From Octopus vulgaris (lineage: Eukaryota), in contig OX597820.1 of NCBI GenBank assembly GCA_951406725.2, positions 57,474,001-57,538,000 of the forward strand: a stretch of 64,000 nt of DNA, read 5' to 3'. Below are positions 40,566-54,930 of this stretch, piece by piece; the first letter of the stretch is position 1, and every line of letters starts with the position of its first letter. A program made the translations under genes and the position numbers. The notes beneath the pieces are model-generated. The model did not search any database and had not been told where the DNA came from. It saw only the letters and a program-made list of their open reading frames with translations.

Positions 40566-41583
40566 GTGTGCAAATAGAAACTTATTGGCAAGCTATTCAC
40601 TATATTTTGTTATGGAGAAATATTCTCGCTGTAGACAAGTAAATGTAAGCATACTAAGTCAGTTTGAAGCGTCTCCTACCCAGATCGATGGACGCATGCA
40701 TTTCAGTGTAGTTATCTCGTCCTCAATACCAGATACCAGCAAGGGGGCACTACGAACTGACAAGAGACCAGGTCTCTCTTATCATATTCCAATCAGCTTA
40801 TTGAGACTGGTTGCGCTAATCGGTGGCCCGGCCGTATGGATTAGAAGTGTTAAACAGTGATGCGAACAGAACAAATATAAACTTGTTACTTGTTCGAATA
40901 TGCTTGAGAGATTTTCCAATCCGTAAGAAATCCATACTTCTTGCTTTAGACAAGTTAGTGTAAACATACCAAATCAGTTCGATGCGACTCCTACCCAGAG
41001 AGGTGGATGCCTGCATTTCGGATTTGTTATCTCCTCTTCAGCACCGAACACGGATAAGCGCTGTGAAACCAGTGTATGTTATATTGGTAGATATGAAGCA
41101 AAGTCATTAAGCAATCGAAAATAGTAAAAGTAACAAAGAAATATCACTGTGTAATGAATAATGTGCTGGTTTAACTCTTTAATAAAGGTAAAGAATATCT
41201 TGCGTTTCGTAAATTAGTCCTTCATCTGAAAGGGAAGGTGTTTGAGTATCTCTTACATGTATGTTTACGGTATGTGTGTGTATCTTTGTCTGTATGTAGA
41301 TAGATGGAAAGAGAAAGAGTGAGAGAAGAAGAAAGGAGAGAAAAAGTATGAGAGAAAGAAAAAGAGAAAGAAAAGAAAGAGAAGAAAGATAAAGAAAGGA
41401 AGGAAGGAAGGAAGAGTTATATCCTTATGGATAAACGAAAACACTACAACAGTGTAATAACAGTATACTTTTCTACTCTAGGCACAAAGGGCTCGAAATT
41501 TTCGGGGTGGGGACCAGTCGATTAGATCGTCCCCCGTACGCAACAGTCAACTCTCGCCAGAGAGCACCGTACTCTCACACAAC

Positions 41584-41618
<35 letters not shown>

Positions 41619-41769
41619 ATGAAAGAAAGAATGAATGAATGAATGAATGAATGAATGAATGAAAGGAAGAAAGAGTAGGAAAATGGTCTTGAGCTTGGGA
41701 ACTGATCGTCTTATGGGGGCGTCGGAAACGGTGGTTTGTGTAAATGTGCTTGTTCCTAAGTGTGTGTGT

Positions 41770-41821
<52 letters not shown>

Positions 41822-43494
41822 GTGTGTGTGTGTGTTATGTAGTTTGAGTGTGTGGGCCATCTGCAAGTGTTGATGCTTGTGTACTGGGGTGGAGAAGAAT
41901 ACGTGTATGCATGTACATAGAAAGTATGTGATATTGAGTGCTTATGTGTTTGAAAAGGGACGTGGCTGTATGTATAAGTGTGTGTGTGCGTGCGTGCTTG
42001 TGTGTGCGTGCACAGGTTAACGTCCATGAAACAAGTGCACAGTCACTCTACCTCTATCTCAATTACCTAGAAACTTCAAAAGCCATTTAGAAAATTTGCA
42101 TCGACAAAAGCATTTGCTACCTTTTTCAAAACGCCAACGGAATCAATCAGGGGCCATAGTTGGAATGTGTGCCGTAAACCATTTACCATTTCTGTGGTAC
42201 CTTACTTCTTCTGATGCCCCAAGTACGTACTGCCTTTGCTTAATTGCATGATGCTTTGAAATATATTAACAAAAGTTAGCTTATACTCAGCGTAGCTTTA
42301 TTTAGCCGTTACGAAGTTTATCCCATCTGCGACGAGATGGAAATAATATAAATTAATTCTGTAAAATAATCTTGTTCTGGTGTAATAAGCTTACCATTAA
42401 GTCGTGAAGCTCTCACTAGTTCGCCATTGATGACAAGCTGGTTGTCAGCAAGTGACAGAGTAATAGAAAGAAAGACGTTATCTTAATGTTACTGTCAGAA
42501 AAAGAATACCTAGTTAAACTTTTGAAATCGCAGAAAAAGAAAAAAAATGTTAACTTCCTGAAATTTGCTAAGTAAAGAGAATGTTTTTCTGAACGTGTTT
42601 CATATTTATAGCTGTTCTAAGACTAGAACTAAGTCAGTAACAACAGAATCAAATGAGTTGTCTCAATTGAACTCTGTATATTATCTAAGGTGGTGATGAA
42701 TTTGACAGGGGACATCAATGAATTCTGAGTGCAGATTCCGATTTCAATGGAAGCTAATGTGCAGACTGAGGTATCGAATCCTAGTTTCGAATTTCCTGTA
42801 TAACTGCCACACATTATTTGTAGTCCTAGATATCCTTAAAAAATGCCAAAGCTATGGCTGGAATGTCTTTGATCATCGATCTACTCAGTTAGGGCTGACC
42901 TGGGGCTAAACTACTACAACATTAGCTGGCGTAAAGAAATACAGAAAATTTCAGTCCAAACAACAACGGCTGATCACTATATGACGTGGTGTGGTGTGGA
43001 GTATAACCCTCGGCTTGGTGAAGGTATGATATATCTAGAACAAGACATCTGTACACTGTCCTAGTGGTTTGGCCGATAACCTGAGTATCATACGACGGCC
43101 CAATCAGAGCTAACCTTCAGCTTCACTGTAACAACAACAATAATAACAATAACAACAACGACAACTACAACAGCAACAACAATAACAATAACAACAATAC
43201 AGACACATATATATATATTTCTTCTAGAGTTAGCTGAGCAATCTTAATTAAGAAGAGTTAATTTTTTTACGACCAATCACTAACAGAGCAAGATATCTCA
43301 TTAGCTGTAGAAGAAAGATAAAGTTCCGGCGGAGATGAACAAGTTAGAATGTAATGAACGAGAATTTTAATAGAAAATCTATTGAACGATACAGCTTGGT
43401 ATAAACATTTGAGAACGAACAATTGTATGTCTGCTTGCCAATTTGCTGAACGTCTTTCGGATGATATGTATACATACATACATACATACATACA

Positions 43495-43599
<105 letters not shown>

Positions 43600-43606
43600 A
43601 CATGCA

Positions 43607-43647
<41 letters not shown>

Positions 43648-43682
43648 GTATATACATATATGGTTTGTTGTAGCTATGCATG

Positions 43683-43751
<69 letters not shown>

Positions 43752-43860
43752 ATGTGAAGGTTTGTCTGCATCTATGCATGTATGCGTACACAGACAAGCA
43801 TCTAGCTATACATACATGTGCATCTGTGTGAATGTATGTATGTGTGTGTGTGTGTGTGTG

Positions 43861-43891
<31 letters not shown>

Positions 43892-44135
43892 TTGCATGTT
43901 TGCGTGTGTAGTCAAGTAATTCTCCCGGTGCATGCACCCTGGTAGTTGTTATTTCTTATGCAAGTACAGCACGAACTCTTCGCTGTATAAACTACTTAAG
44001 AACTTTTCCAGTCAGAATATTTTATCGCAATTATTCTCAGCATACTCATTACCAATTCGTATAAATTTGGCTGTGCTGGTTGTGCGGTTTAGAAGTTCGC
44101 TTTAATTTCGGATTCAGCTCCATTGCATCTTAGGT

Positions 44136-44360
44136 ATTAGGTTGTCAAGAAGGTTCTTGCGGAATTTTTCATTTTGGTTTTAAATGATGTATTTTCAAAT
44201 TAATTTTCGTTAAATTACTTTGACTTTATATATCATTTTAAAACCCGTTTTTCGCTCTATCTAATCGTGTTACTTTTTTTTTTTTAATAATTAGGCCATT
44301 TTTTCCGGAACGTTTAATACAACGTGGACAAAAAGCAAATCCGCACAATTTTATTGTATT
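44136..44360 (+). mobile_element. Mariner 5' end fragment
   Basis: tattaggttgtc TIR (as at 49417) followed by a DKKQIRTILLY transposase N-terminus. Confidence 0.55.
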
Positions 44361-44471
44361 TGTGTAACAAATATAGATACTTGCTCATATATGTTCACAT
44401 CCTATATGTGTACATATATGCGCATATATGTATATATCCTGTGAACATATATGCTCATGTATGTATATATC

Positions 44472-44675
44472 CTGAAAAGTTCCTGGCATTAAGGGTATCA
44501 CGAAAGGTCTTGTTGGAGACTCGACATCGTTAGGTTCTTTTACAGGGATTAGAAAAACTGAAGGATCACTGCAACAGGTGCATGAATCTGAGAAGGCAAT
44601 ATGTTGAATAAAATCTTAATTGACTGATCCTCTAAATTAACTTACCCAAAGCCAGGACCTTTTCTGCTCGTCCTC
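44472..44675. mobile_element. Mariner-type MITE
   Basis: Inverted termini gaaaagttcctggc / gccaggaccttttc. Confidence 0.5.
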
Positions 44676-44689
44676 AAATAAACATGCAT

Positions 44690-44773
<84 letters not shown>

Positions 44774-44779
<6 letters not shown>

Positions 44780-45130
44780 GAAAGAATGGAGTTGAACGAC
44801 GATTTAACAAAATTCCTTTATTCTCGACATATGTTTCGAAGACTGCATATTCCTAATTTCGAAGGAATAAGGGGTGCATTATGCCGCCTTCTCATCAGGA
44901 AAGACAAGGAACTTATGTCAGCATCATTATCGCTATGGACTCCGTGTGGGCAGTCACCTAAAAGTTTTTGTTCATCATGATGCTGACATAAATTCCTTGT
45001 CTTTCCTGATGAGAAGGCGGCATAATGTACCCCTTATTCCTTCGAAATTAGGAATATGCAGTCTTCGAAACATATGTCGAGAATAAAGGAATTTTGTTAA
45101 ATCGTCGTTCAACTCCATTCTTTCATTTAT
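44774..45130. repeat. 154-bp near-perfect inverted repeat (44774-44927 / 44977-45130), each arm with a hammerhead
   Basis: Arms are reverse complements with about two mismatches; 49-bp spacer. Confidence 0.95.
44991..45093 (+). ncRNA. Type I hammerhead ribozyme (mirror copy about 44811-44913, minus)
   Basis: AATTCCTT.gtc.TTTC-CTGATGA-GAAGGC...GTCTTC-GAAA-CATATG-TC-GAGA.ata.AAGGAATT. Canonical core, GUC site, palindromic stem III. Confidence 0.85.
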
Positions 45131-45275
45131 TTGTATATAAAAAACACAAATTTCCACACGAAAGCGCGTGATCTCTGCCCTTGGCATGTAGCTTCAACCG
45201 TGTTTTTCTGACGTGAATTTGCTACCCGGGTATCGGTTAACCGAATTATCCATACTACGATAATTCATTTAACTA

Positions 45276-45355
<80 letters not shown>

Positions 45356-45360
45356 TATAT

Positions 45361-45780
45361 ATAAAAAATACAAAATGGGACAAGAACGCAAACATCCGGA
45401 CAGTTAAGTGATACAAAAATGGAACAACAAAACATCCAGACAGGCGATACAAAGAAAACAAGGACGGGTCATTCGGAGTTTTCTTTCCTCAGTCGAGTAC
45501 CAGATTATCTTCGCAATTTCGGCTGATTATACTGGAGATTGCTCCAATCTGGCCAGCCCCAAGAAAAACTAAGCTAAGAGCATCAGATTCCTTGGAAGAA
45601 AGCAGCGAATGTATATGAAAGCAAAGACGAAAAAAAACGGAGAATGTTGCACAAATACAATAAAAATTATAGCAGGGCATAACAACAGGTGTCTTTCGAC
45701 TAAGAACGATTTAAATTAAGCTGGCGTGTGTGGAAATAAAGCTTAACGGCAGAGATTCAAGATTTCACAGGCACAGGGAG
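45361..45780. repeat. Interspersed repeat (inverted copy about 51575-51975; partial relative about 59600-59780)
   Basis: Shared aaggacgggtcattcggagtttt...gattgctccaatctggccagccccaag...gctggcgtgtgt. Confidence 0.8.
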
Positions 45781-45808
45781 GAATATATATATATATATAT
45801 ATATATAA

Positions 45809-45867
<59 letters not shown>

Positions 45868-46355
45868 AGGACAACGAGAGAGTGGGCGAATCAGAGTGTG
45901 AGAGCATGCGTATTTATTCATCTATATAACTATCTATCTACTCATCTCGAATAAACGACATTTCCATCAAAACGGCATTTTCGCCAACCACTCACCCTTA
46001 CAAGTCCACACACCATAACCGTTCTAAACCTATTCTGATCACATATCTAAGCAAATCCAGTTGAAATATCTCAAGTAGATTTCCACACTAAACTAATTGA
46101 CAAATTGTTATGGCACTACATTCAGTAATGGAAGAACCGGTCCATCGTAGTCATAGTAATGACTAAAGTACTTTGTAAGTACTCATACACACATACACAC
46201 ACACAATACCTTAGTCACTGCTATGAATTTATGTATAATACATATTGTTTATATACAGATTTATAGAAGTGTCTACATATATACGTATCCTAATATATAT
46301 ACATACATATATTTTTATATATACGAGTGTATGTGTATATATATTTAAATGCACG

Positions 46356-46420
<65 letters not shown>

Positions 46421-46626
46421 CTCTATGTATATATATATATATGTGTGTGCAATGTGTGTATGTGTGTGTATGTGTGTGTGTGTGTGTATTTATGTATAAG
46501 AGTTTCCTGTTCTCACCTTTCGAACAATATAATATCTCTTATGTATGTGTGTTTGTGTATGTATGTTTTGTTTATACATATATGCGTATACACACACATA
46601 CATATATGTATGCCGTAAAGGGTGTA

Positions 46627-46671
<45 letters not shown>

Positions 46672-47034
46672 GATCTTCCTGTTCTCTATTTTCGAACAAT
46701 ATAACGTCTCTTACAAAGATGACAGGGAATTTTCTTTGAGCCGAATTGACAGCTAGAGTGAGCTAAGCAATTCAAACAACTACATAGAAATTAGCTAGTG
46801 TTAGCCTATGTTTCATGTATTCTTTTAGTCTTAATCTTTTTTCTATTCTTGTATTCTGGTATTCTTTTGGTCCTATATTTTTTTATTCCTATATTCTGGC
46901 ATTCTTTTACTAATTTCAGTCATTGGAGTGTGGCCGGGTGGTGTCATTGCTTTGAAGGGTTTTAGATTTTTAGATTACATCGACATCTTGTGTATGTACA
47001 TACATATATATATATATATACATATTCATTTCAT

Positions 47035-47425
47035 TCTTTTTATTCTTTTATTTGTTTCAGTCATTTGACTGCGGCCATGCTGGAGCACCGTCTTCAGTCG
47101 AACAAATCGACTCCAGGACTTATTCTTTGTAAGCCTAGCACTAGTTCTGTCGGTCTCTTTTGCTGAATCGCTAAGTTCGTAAACACAACAACATCGGTTG
47201 TCAAGCGATACTGGGGGGACAAAGACAGACAGACAGACGCACACACACACATACACACATATTTATGTACGACGGTCTTCTTTAAGTTTCCGTCTACCAA
47301 ATCCACTAACAAGACTTTGGTAAGCCCGCGGCTATAGTAGAAGACACTTGCCCAAGGGAATGAACCTGGAACCATGTAGTTGGGGAGCAAGCTTCTTACT
47401 ACACAGCCAGCCATGCCTGTGCCAA
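47035..47425 (-). mobile_element. SINE family B
   Basis: Reverse complement of the family B consensus. Confidence 0.85.
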
Positions 47426-47437
47426 TATGTATATGAA

Positions 47438-47487
<50 letters not shown>

Positions 47488-47488
<1 letters not shown>

Positions 47489-47882
47489 TAGCAGTATCGC
47501 CCGGCGTTGCTCGGGTTTGTAAGGGAAATAACTATATAAGCATTTTTAGAGAGTTATAGCCAAAAAATAGCAAAATAAAGCATTAAAAATTGAAAAGAAA
47601 TTAAGGTAAATTTTTTTTTAAATCGTTGACACATCGTAGATATTTTTAGAGAGTTACTTCCCTTATATAAAAGCGAAAAAAATGCATTAAAATGGAAAAA
47701 TATGATGGTAAATTTTTTAAAATCGTAGACTCATCGTAGACGCGCGCTAATACCCAGAAGGGCTCGATATGAATCACGACTATAAGATACCCGCTTTTGG
47801 TTAAACTGCACTGCAAAATGTGGGAGTAGTTACGAATCTAAATCGTAGGAGACAGACACACAACTTCACTCTTATATAAAGA
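47488..47882 (-). mobile_element. Non-autonomous Helitron (same family as 38619)
   Basis: Same ctagcagtatcgcccggcgttgctcggg end and TC start. Confidence 0.85.
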
Positions 47883-47894
47883 TGCTTTTTTTTT

Positions 47895-48212
47895 TCAGTC
47901 ATAGAGTTAGATTTATGAAGGTCTTCAGTAGAAAATCCTTCGAATTCTGACTCGCTGCTTGATATAATGAAATTCGTATCCATTTTTTGTCAGAATTACA
48001 AATTTTTAAAACACAATAGGAACAAATTTCGGAAAAAAATCTCCCATAATTCACGGAATTAATATTACACTTCGATTTTTGTACAAAACTGTAGTTGAAG
48101 TGTTTACGAAGTATAATACGTGTTTTCACGAATGTACTAAAGAGATTTACTCTGATATTCTCATTTAAATATGAATAGGTAAATTCGGGCGGTTTGGTAA
48201 CGAAAGGGTTAA
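47895..48212 (-). mobile_element. piggyBac-like terminal fragment
   Basis: Ends ...ggtaacgaaagggTTAA (TTAA-CCC terminus on minus). Confidence 0.45.
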
Positions 48213-48799
48213 ACGGATGCATACATTTATTAATAACTATATATAAGTGTCGTCTGTTTATACATAAACACTGTTTCATACTGCAATTATATATACATAT
48301 ATCTATATATAATATTATATAATAAAATATATACAGAGTAAAATAAAAACCAATTTACCTTTTCTGTATTGTTATAGCAATTCCACCGTCCGTGTGTCTT
48401 TGCAAAAGTGTTGAAATGATAAGTGAGTTGTGTTTTGGCGCCTTTTTTACTAATAACAAACACACACGTGTTTGTATGTAGTTGTTTGAAACGTTTGTGT
48501 TTGCCACTCTCATATATGTATGTGTATGCGTGTGTGTGAGGAATGACACACACACACTCACGCACGCACACATGTACATCAATGCTTTCGGAGTGAAATG
48601 TTAAAATATTGAGTTTTCTCGAATTTTGTCTTAATTGGTGGTAAAATTGAAAGAAATTTTTTATGGCATCACCCACTGAAAGTACTCTGAAAAATCATGG
48701 GTACATTCTAATTGAAGAAATTGTGTGAGGAGTAAATCGTTATGTATTTATTTGTTTCTGTTTGCTGTTTTTTTTTTTTTTTTAGTAGTGGTTTAAGGT

Positions 48800-49150
48800 A
48801 CACTTCTCTCGTTTTATCAAATTAGTTTCACTTTAATCGCTGCAAACTTGCAAAGAGAAAGTCGCAGAAATGAGTGATAGCGTGAGTGAATGAGATCGCT
48901 CCCTTTTTGTGTGTGTGTGTGTGCGAGTGCTGTAGCCCACATTAAGAGAAGCATTTGACTCATACACCACAATGTGAGTTTTCTGTAAATTTTGCTTAAT
49001 TGGGGTTGAAATTTTAAAAACTGGACCTGGCATGACCCGATGCATTCTACTCTTAAAAATGCTAGGTAAATTGTAATTGAAGAAATCCTATATTGTAGAT
49101 TTCTATAACTGACAAAGGGAGGCAGATAAAATCTGCCTTTTATAATAAGA
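48800..49150 (-). mobile_element. Probable Helitron 5' part
   Basis: Minus starts a|TCTTATTATAAAAGGCAGATTTTATCTGCCT; no 3' CTAG end found. Confidence 0.4.
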
Positions 49151-49353
49151 TATATATATATATATATATGATTATATACATAGATATATAAATGCATATA
49201 TATATATATGTATATATAAACATATATATATATGTATATATAAACATATATATATGTATACATTGATATATTTACTTATATATATATGTATATATATACA
49301 CACACACACACAAGTATGTATACCTACATGTATATATATATATATCAAAATGC

Positions 49354-49410
<57 letters not shown>

Positions 49411-49418
49411 TGTGTGTA

Positions 49419-50308
49419 TTAGGTTGTCTCATGAAATGTCGTATTTGATAAAGGAAACAATAAAATTGTTTTTTTAAATTTTGGAATATTTATTTATTTA
49501 ATCAAAATAAGATCCTTCTTCATTTATAACCTTCATCCATATATTCCATCTTCAAAGAATTAGTCATCTTTAACACTGATAAACTGTTCCAATACTTCAA
49601 TACTTCAATTAACTCTTCTTTATTTAAGATTGTTTTGTTGCGTTCGAAGTGTTTAAATATGTGATAATCAGTCGGAGAGATATCAGGAGAATAAGGAAGA
49701 TGTGCCAAAATTTTGTAATTCAGGCTTTGCAACTTGTGGACCGTAGCTTTAGAAGTGTGAGGCCGTGCATTATCATGAAGCAAAATTGGGCCATCCCTAT
49801 TCCCTAATCTGGGTTTCCATCTTCTTAGTGTTTCTGGGTATCCATCTTCTTGATTTTTCCAATTTTCTTCAAGTGTCGAAAAGCAGTTGCGGGAGATGTC
49901 TGGAGCTCTGATCCGACTTTTCGGACCGTTGTTCTAGGATTTCGTTTAACCAAAGCAGTCAATTCATCATGCTGAATAACTAATTTTGGTCTCCCTCTTG
50001 GTTCATTTTTAAGTCTTTCATTTCCTGAACGAAATCTTTGGAACTAATGTCAACAGAATCGTCACCAAAAGCCCGTTTGATATTTCGTAGAGCTTCGGTG
50101 GCAGAGTGACCCAACTTGTGTTCGTATCAGAAAATGACTCGGTATTGTTCAGTTGTCAACATTGTCATAAGAGCTGTGAGTAGTAATTTTGAATAATAGC
50201 ATTGTCTAGAAAGAAAAAGAGTTAAGAGTAAACACAAGCATATGCATAGAAACTCGTTGAAAATCCATTTACAGATGACTCACAAGAAACCCATGTGAGA
50301 CAATCTAA
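49419..50308 (-). mobile_element. Internally deleted mariner (DD34D) transposon
   Basis: TA-flanked TIRs ttaggttgtctca / tgagacaatctaa; HDNARPH...HLPYSPDISPTDYHIF; N-terminal HTH remnant (GHSATEALRNIKRAFGDDSV). Confidence 0.92.
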
Positions 50309-50356
50309 TACATACATACATACATACATGCATACATACATACATACATACATACT

Positions 50357-50520
<164 letters not shown>

Positions 50521-50959
50521 ACATAACATATATTTGTATGTATATGTATAGATAGTGTATGTCAAGATTGGGTAAAGTCGCCGTATATATTTACAATTTT
50601 ATAATAACATAATATAAGGTAATATAATATAATGAAATGATAGAATATTAATGTCCGTTCTGATTGAACTAATGCTTTCATTAAACTATGCAATCTTCAG
50701 GTTCATGTAGTAGTAGTAACGGTTATGTTTTACAATTTACAACTGTAGTGAGATGGCCAAAATGTTTGCCTTAAATACATTTGTATAGGTTCACAAATGT
50801 TAAGTTTTGCAAACTGTATTCTGACTAATCAAAGTGTGGTTTACTAAAATAATTCAGTCAATTAGTTTTTGGTTTAGGGATCACGGTTTGATGAACATGT
50901 CAAGAGACCTGTATTTTGACCATGGCCAAAGCAGTAATTGTTTGGCTATTTTTAAAATG

Positions 50960-51190
50960 TTTGGCAGAAACGTTAGCACGCCGGGCGAAATGCTTAGCGG
51001 TATTTCGTCTGCCGCTACGTTCTGAGTTCAAATTCCGTCGATGTCGACTTTGCCTTTCATCCTTTCGAGGTCGATTAAATAAGTACCAGTTACGCACTGG
51101 GGTCGATATAATCGACTTAATCCGTTTGTCTGACCTTGTTTATCCCCTCTATGTTTAGCTCCTGGTGAGCAATAAATAAATAAGAAATAT
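50960..51190 (+). mobile_element. SINE family C
   Basis: Matches the 39333 unit. Confidence 0.85.
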
Positions 51191-51977
51191 TGTAAACATT
51201 TCCCAGGGATTTTTACATTTCAATTATCCTCATTACCATTATCATTACCTTTGTTATTGTTGTCGTTGGTAGTGGTGGTGGTGGTGGTGATAGGAGTAGC
51301 TGTGGTAACAGAACTTTAAACCCAAAATAAGATTATTTTTACTGACTTTTCTCTTTTATATATATATGTATCTTCATCCTCACATTCCCTCCTCTTTCAC
51401 TTCTCCCTGTCCCTTTCATGTTTTTCTCGTCCCTCCCTAATTCCCCTCTCCCTCTGCCTCTACCTCTCTCACTTCTCTCTCCGCGTGACCGGTGTTCGGC
51501 TAAGCCTGACCTTTCTTTCTTGGTTCGACTACCATCCATGCAACATCTATATTCCTCCCTATGCCTGTCATCTCTTATGTCCCTGCCGTAAGGCTTTACT
51601 TCAACACACGCCAGCCTAATTTAATTCGTCCTTAGTCGAAATACACCTATTGTTATGTCCTTTATTTGCATTTGTATTTGTGTACCATTTGTCCGTTTTT
51701 CCCGTCCTTATTTTCGTATACATTCGCTGCTTTCTTCCAAGGAATCTAATGCTCTTAGCTTAGTTTTTCCTTGGGGCTGGCCAGATTGGAGCAATCTCGA
51801 GTATAACCAGCCGAAATTGCAAAGATAATCTGGAACTCGACTGAAGAAAGAAAACTCCGAATGACCCGTCCTTGTTTTCTTTGTATCGTCTGTCTGGATG
51901 CTTTGTTGTTCCTTTTTCGTATCATCTAAGTGTCTGGATGTTTTGCCTTCTTGTCCCATTTTTGGTATTCCTTTATA

Positions 51978-52014
<37 letters not shown>

Positions 52015-52369
52015 TTTTTACAGAGAGGAGAATTGCATGAATTGTCTTGTGGGTGGTTGGCTATTTTCATCTTTGGAGTCCATTCCATCAGCGACGGTAT
52101 GTTGCAATTTTGGCCCTTACTCTACGGCTACTTCCAGCGTGAATGCTTGTATAAGTTTCATTTCCTGGTACTGCTAATTCGTGAATATTTCATAAGAATT
52201 TGGTTTGCCAAATTTTTGCGAATTACATCCATGCACCCTTTGATAACTCCTTGAACTACTCTAAATTCCATTCACAAATTCTTATTTTTTCCTGAGCATC
52301 TCAATTATGGAGTAAACGTTCTCTCTTTCTCTTTCCCTCACCATCCTTCTCTCTCCCTTCAACCTCTAT

Positions 52370-52444
<75 letters not shown>

Positions 52445-53004
52445 CCGCCGTTGTTTTCCTGTAGAATATGAAGTTGCGCTCTTTAAATTCAGGATTAATA
52501 AGTACCTAGCCCAATATCGCTAGTTTCCTTTATTTTATTGTTTTCATCGGTTCTTTTATAACAATCGCATTTTTATTTCCTTTTATTGACTCCTTTATTT
52601 TCATCTCATTTAATGTATTTTATAACTGTCAGTTGTTTTATCACTGCTATAATTATCTTCTCCTCACATTTAAATCGCTTATCAGCTATTTTATAGCCAT
52701 CTTATATTTACTGTCATAAATATGCATGTACATATAGAGATTTTGTCGCATTAAAGCCACTCCCCCTTTTTCCTGACGCCTTAACTACTAATACATATCT
52801 GTACACACACATACACAGATAAGTATATATGCATTCATACGAGTATATGTGTGCGTGTGTACATATATACATATGCACACACTTGCACAGACATGCATAC
52901 ATGTGTATCGTATATAAAGGGTTATAATCCAAGAGTCCATGTAAATATTAACACATACATACATAATACATGCATATGTGTGTATGTGTGTGTGTTTGTG
53001 TAAG

Positions 53005-53215
53005 CCAGGCGTGGCTGTGTAGTAAGAAGTTTGCTTCCCAATGACAGGATTCCGGGTTCAGTCTCAATGCAGGGCAACTTGATCAAGAATCTTCAACTAT
53101 AGCCACGAGTCGACCAAAGCCTACTGAGTGGAAATTGAAAATGTATGTGTGTGCATTTGTGTGTGTGTGTATGTGCACTTGTGTACGTATGTATGTATGT
53201 ATGTATGTATGTATG

Positions 53216-53249
<34 letters not shown>

Positions 53250-53732
53250 TGTATGTATGTATGTGTGCCCTTGTGTTTGTCCCCTACCATTGCTTGACAA
53301 CCGATGGTGGTGTGTTTACGTCCTTGTAACTTATCGGTTCAGCAAAAAAGACCGATAAGTACCAGTACTTGGAAAAATAAAGTACTGGATTGATTCATTC
53401 GGCTAAAATTCTTCAAGGCGGTGCTCCAGCATGGCCACTGTCTAATGACTGAATCAAATAAAAGATACATGCGGCAAGTTCCGTTCATGAGGTATGAGCT
53501 ATTGTTCAACTCGAAACTACAATACAAGACGTTAAATTTGAGCTTGTCTGTGGCTGTGTGGTAAGTATAGGCGTAGGAGTGGCTGTGTGGTAAGTAGCTT
53601 GCTTACGAACCACATGGTTCCGGGTTCAGTCCCACTGCGTGGCACCTTGAGCAAGTGTCTTCTAGTATAGCCTCAGGCCGACCAAAGCCTTCTGAGTGGA
53701 TTTGGTAGACGGAAACTGAAAGAAGCCCGTCG

Positions 53733-53802
<70 letters not shown>

Positions 53803-54025
53803 TGTGTGTGTATGTTTGTGTGTCTGTGTTTGTCCCCACAACATCGATTGACAACCGATGCTGGTGTGTTTACGTCCGTCCCCGTAACGTAGCGGTTCGG
53901 CAAAAGTGACCGATAGAATAACTACTAGGCTTACAAAGAATAAGTCCTGGGGTCGATTTGTTCGACTAAAGGCGGTGCTCCAGCATGGCCGCAGTCAAAT
54001 GACTGAAACAAGTAAAGGAGTAATA
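53005..54025 (+). mobile_element. Two SINE family B copies (about 53005-53465 and 53568-54025)
   Basis: Both have head, internal microsatellite and the ggcggtgctccagcatggcc tail. Confidence 0.88.
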
Positions 54026-54519
54026 ATGAGTAAAAATCTTCATTACTTTTATCTGAATTCGAAACCGTGTGAATTAGAGGCAAACGTCTCGACGTCATGT
54101 TTATTCTTGCCCGCCAGCATTGCGCAACTGTTTAGCGCAGCCAAAACGGGGTTATTTAGCGGAAGGGTGATACCAATATATGATAATACATACGTCCATA
54201 CCAAGCCACATGAATGATATCTGATGTACTCATGTGTATATACGTGTGTATGCGTGGATATATGTCTGCTATGTATTTGTATGCGTCCATCTATGTGTGT
54301 TTGCGTGTTTTTGGCGGATGGCAGAGCGGCAGCTCGCGTAGGAGGTGGTTTGCAAGTTTAATGTACAGAATTCATTCAAACACAAATGAATTAAAAGAAG
54401 CTGTTACACATTCTGATATTGATGAACTGTGACAAGGAAATTTATAAAAATATTACTTTTCACTTCGATTTAAGTGGATATCTGACGTTGTATACAGCAT
54501 ATCTGCATGGTTGGCTGTC

Positions 54520-54522
54520 TGC

Positions 54523-54591
<69 letters not shown>

Positions 54592-54733
54592 ATTTCTTTC
54601 TTTCTCTACCTCCCTCTCTCTCTTTCTCTCTCTCACTTTTATTTCTTTCTTTCCCTCCTTTTTCCTTTCTCTCTTTCTTTCTTTCTTTCTTTCTGTCTTT
54701 CTTTCTCTCTCACTTTCTATCTCTCTCACTCTC

Positions 54734-54797
<64 letters not shown>

Positions 54798-54930
54798 TCT
54801 CTCTCTCTCTCTCTCACTGTCTCACCCTTTCACTCTCTCTCTCTCTGTCTCACCCTTTCACTCTCTCTCACTCTCTCTCTCTCTCTCTCTCTCACTCTCT
54901 CTCTCTCACTCTCTCTCACAGTCTCTCATA
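54520..54930. repeat. (CT)n-rich tract
   Basis: Directly visible. Confidence 0.95.

Noticed and set aside
52010-52290. Complex unique sequence as a possible host exon
   Set aside because: No recognisable protein motif or convincing splice-bounded frame; small exons cannot be excluded without RNA data.
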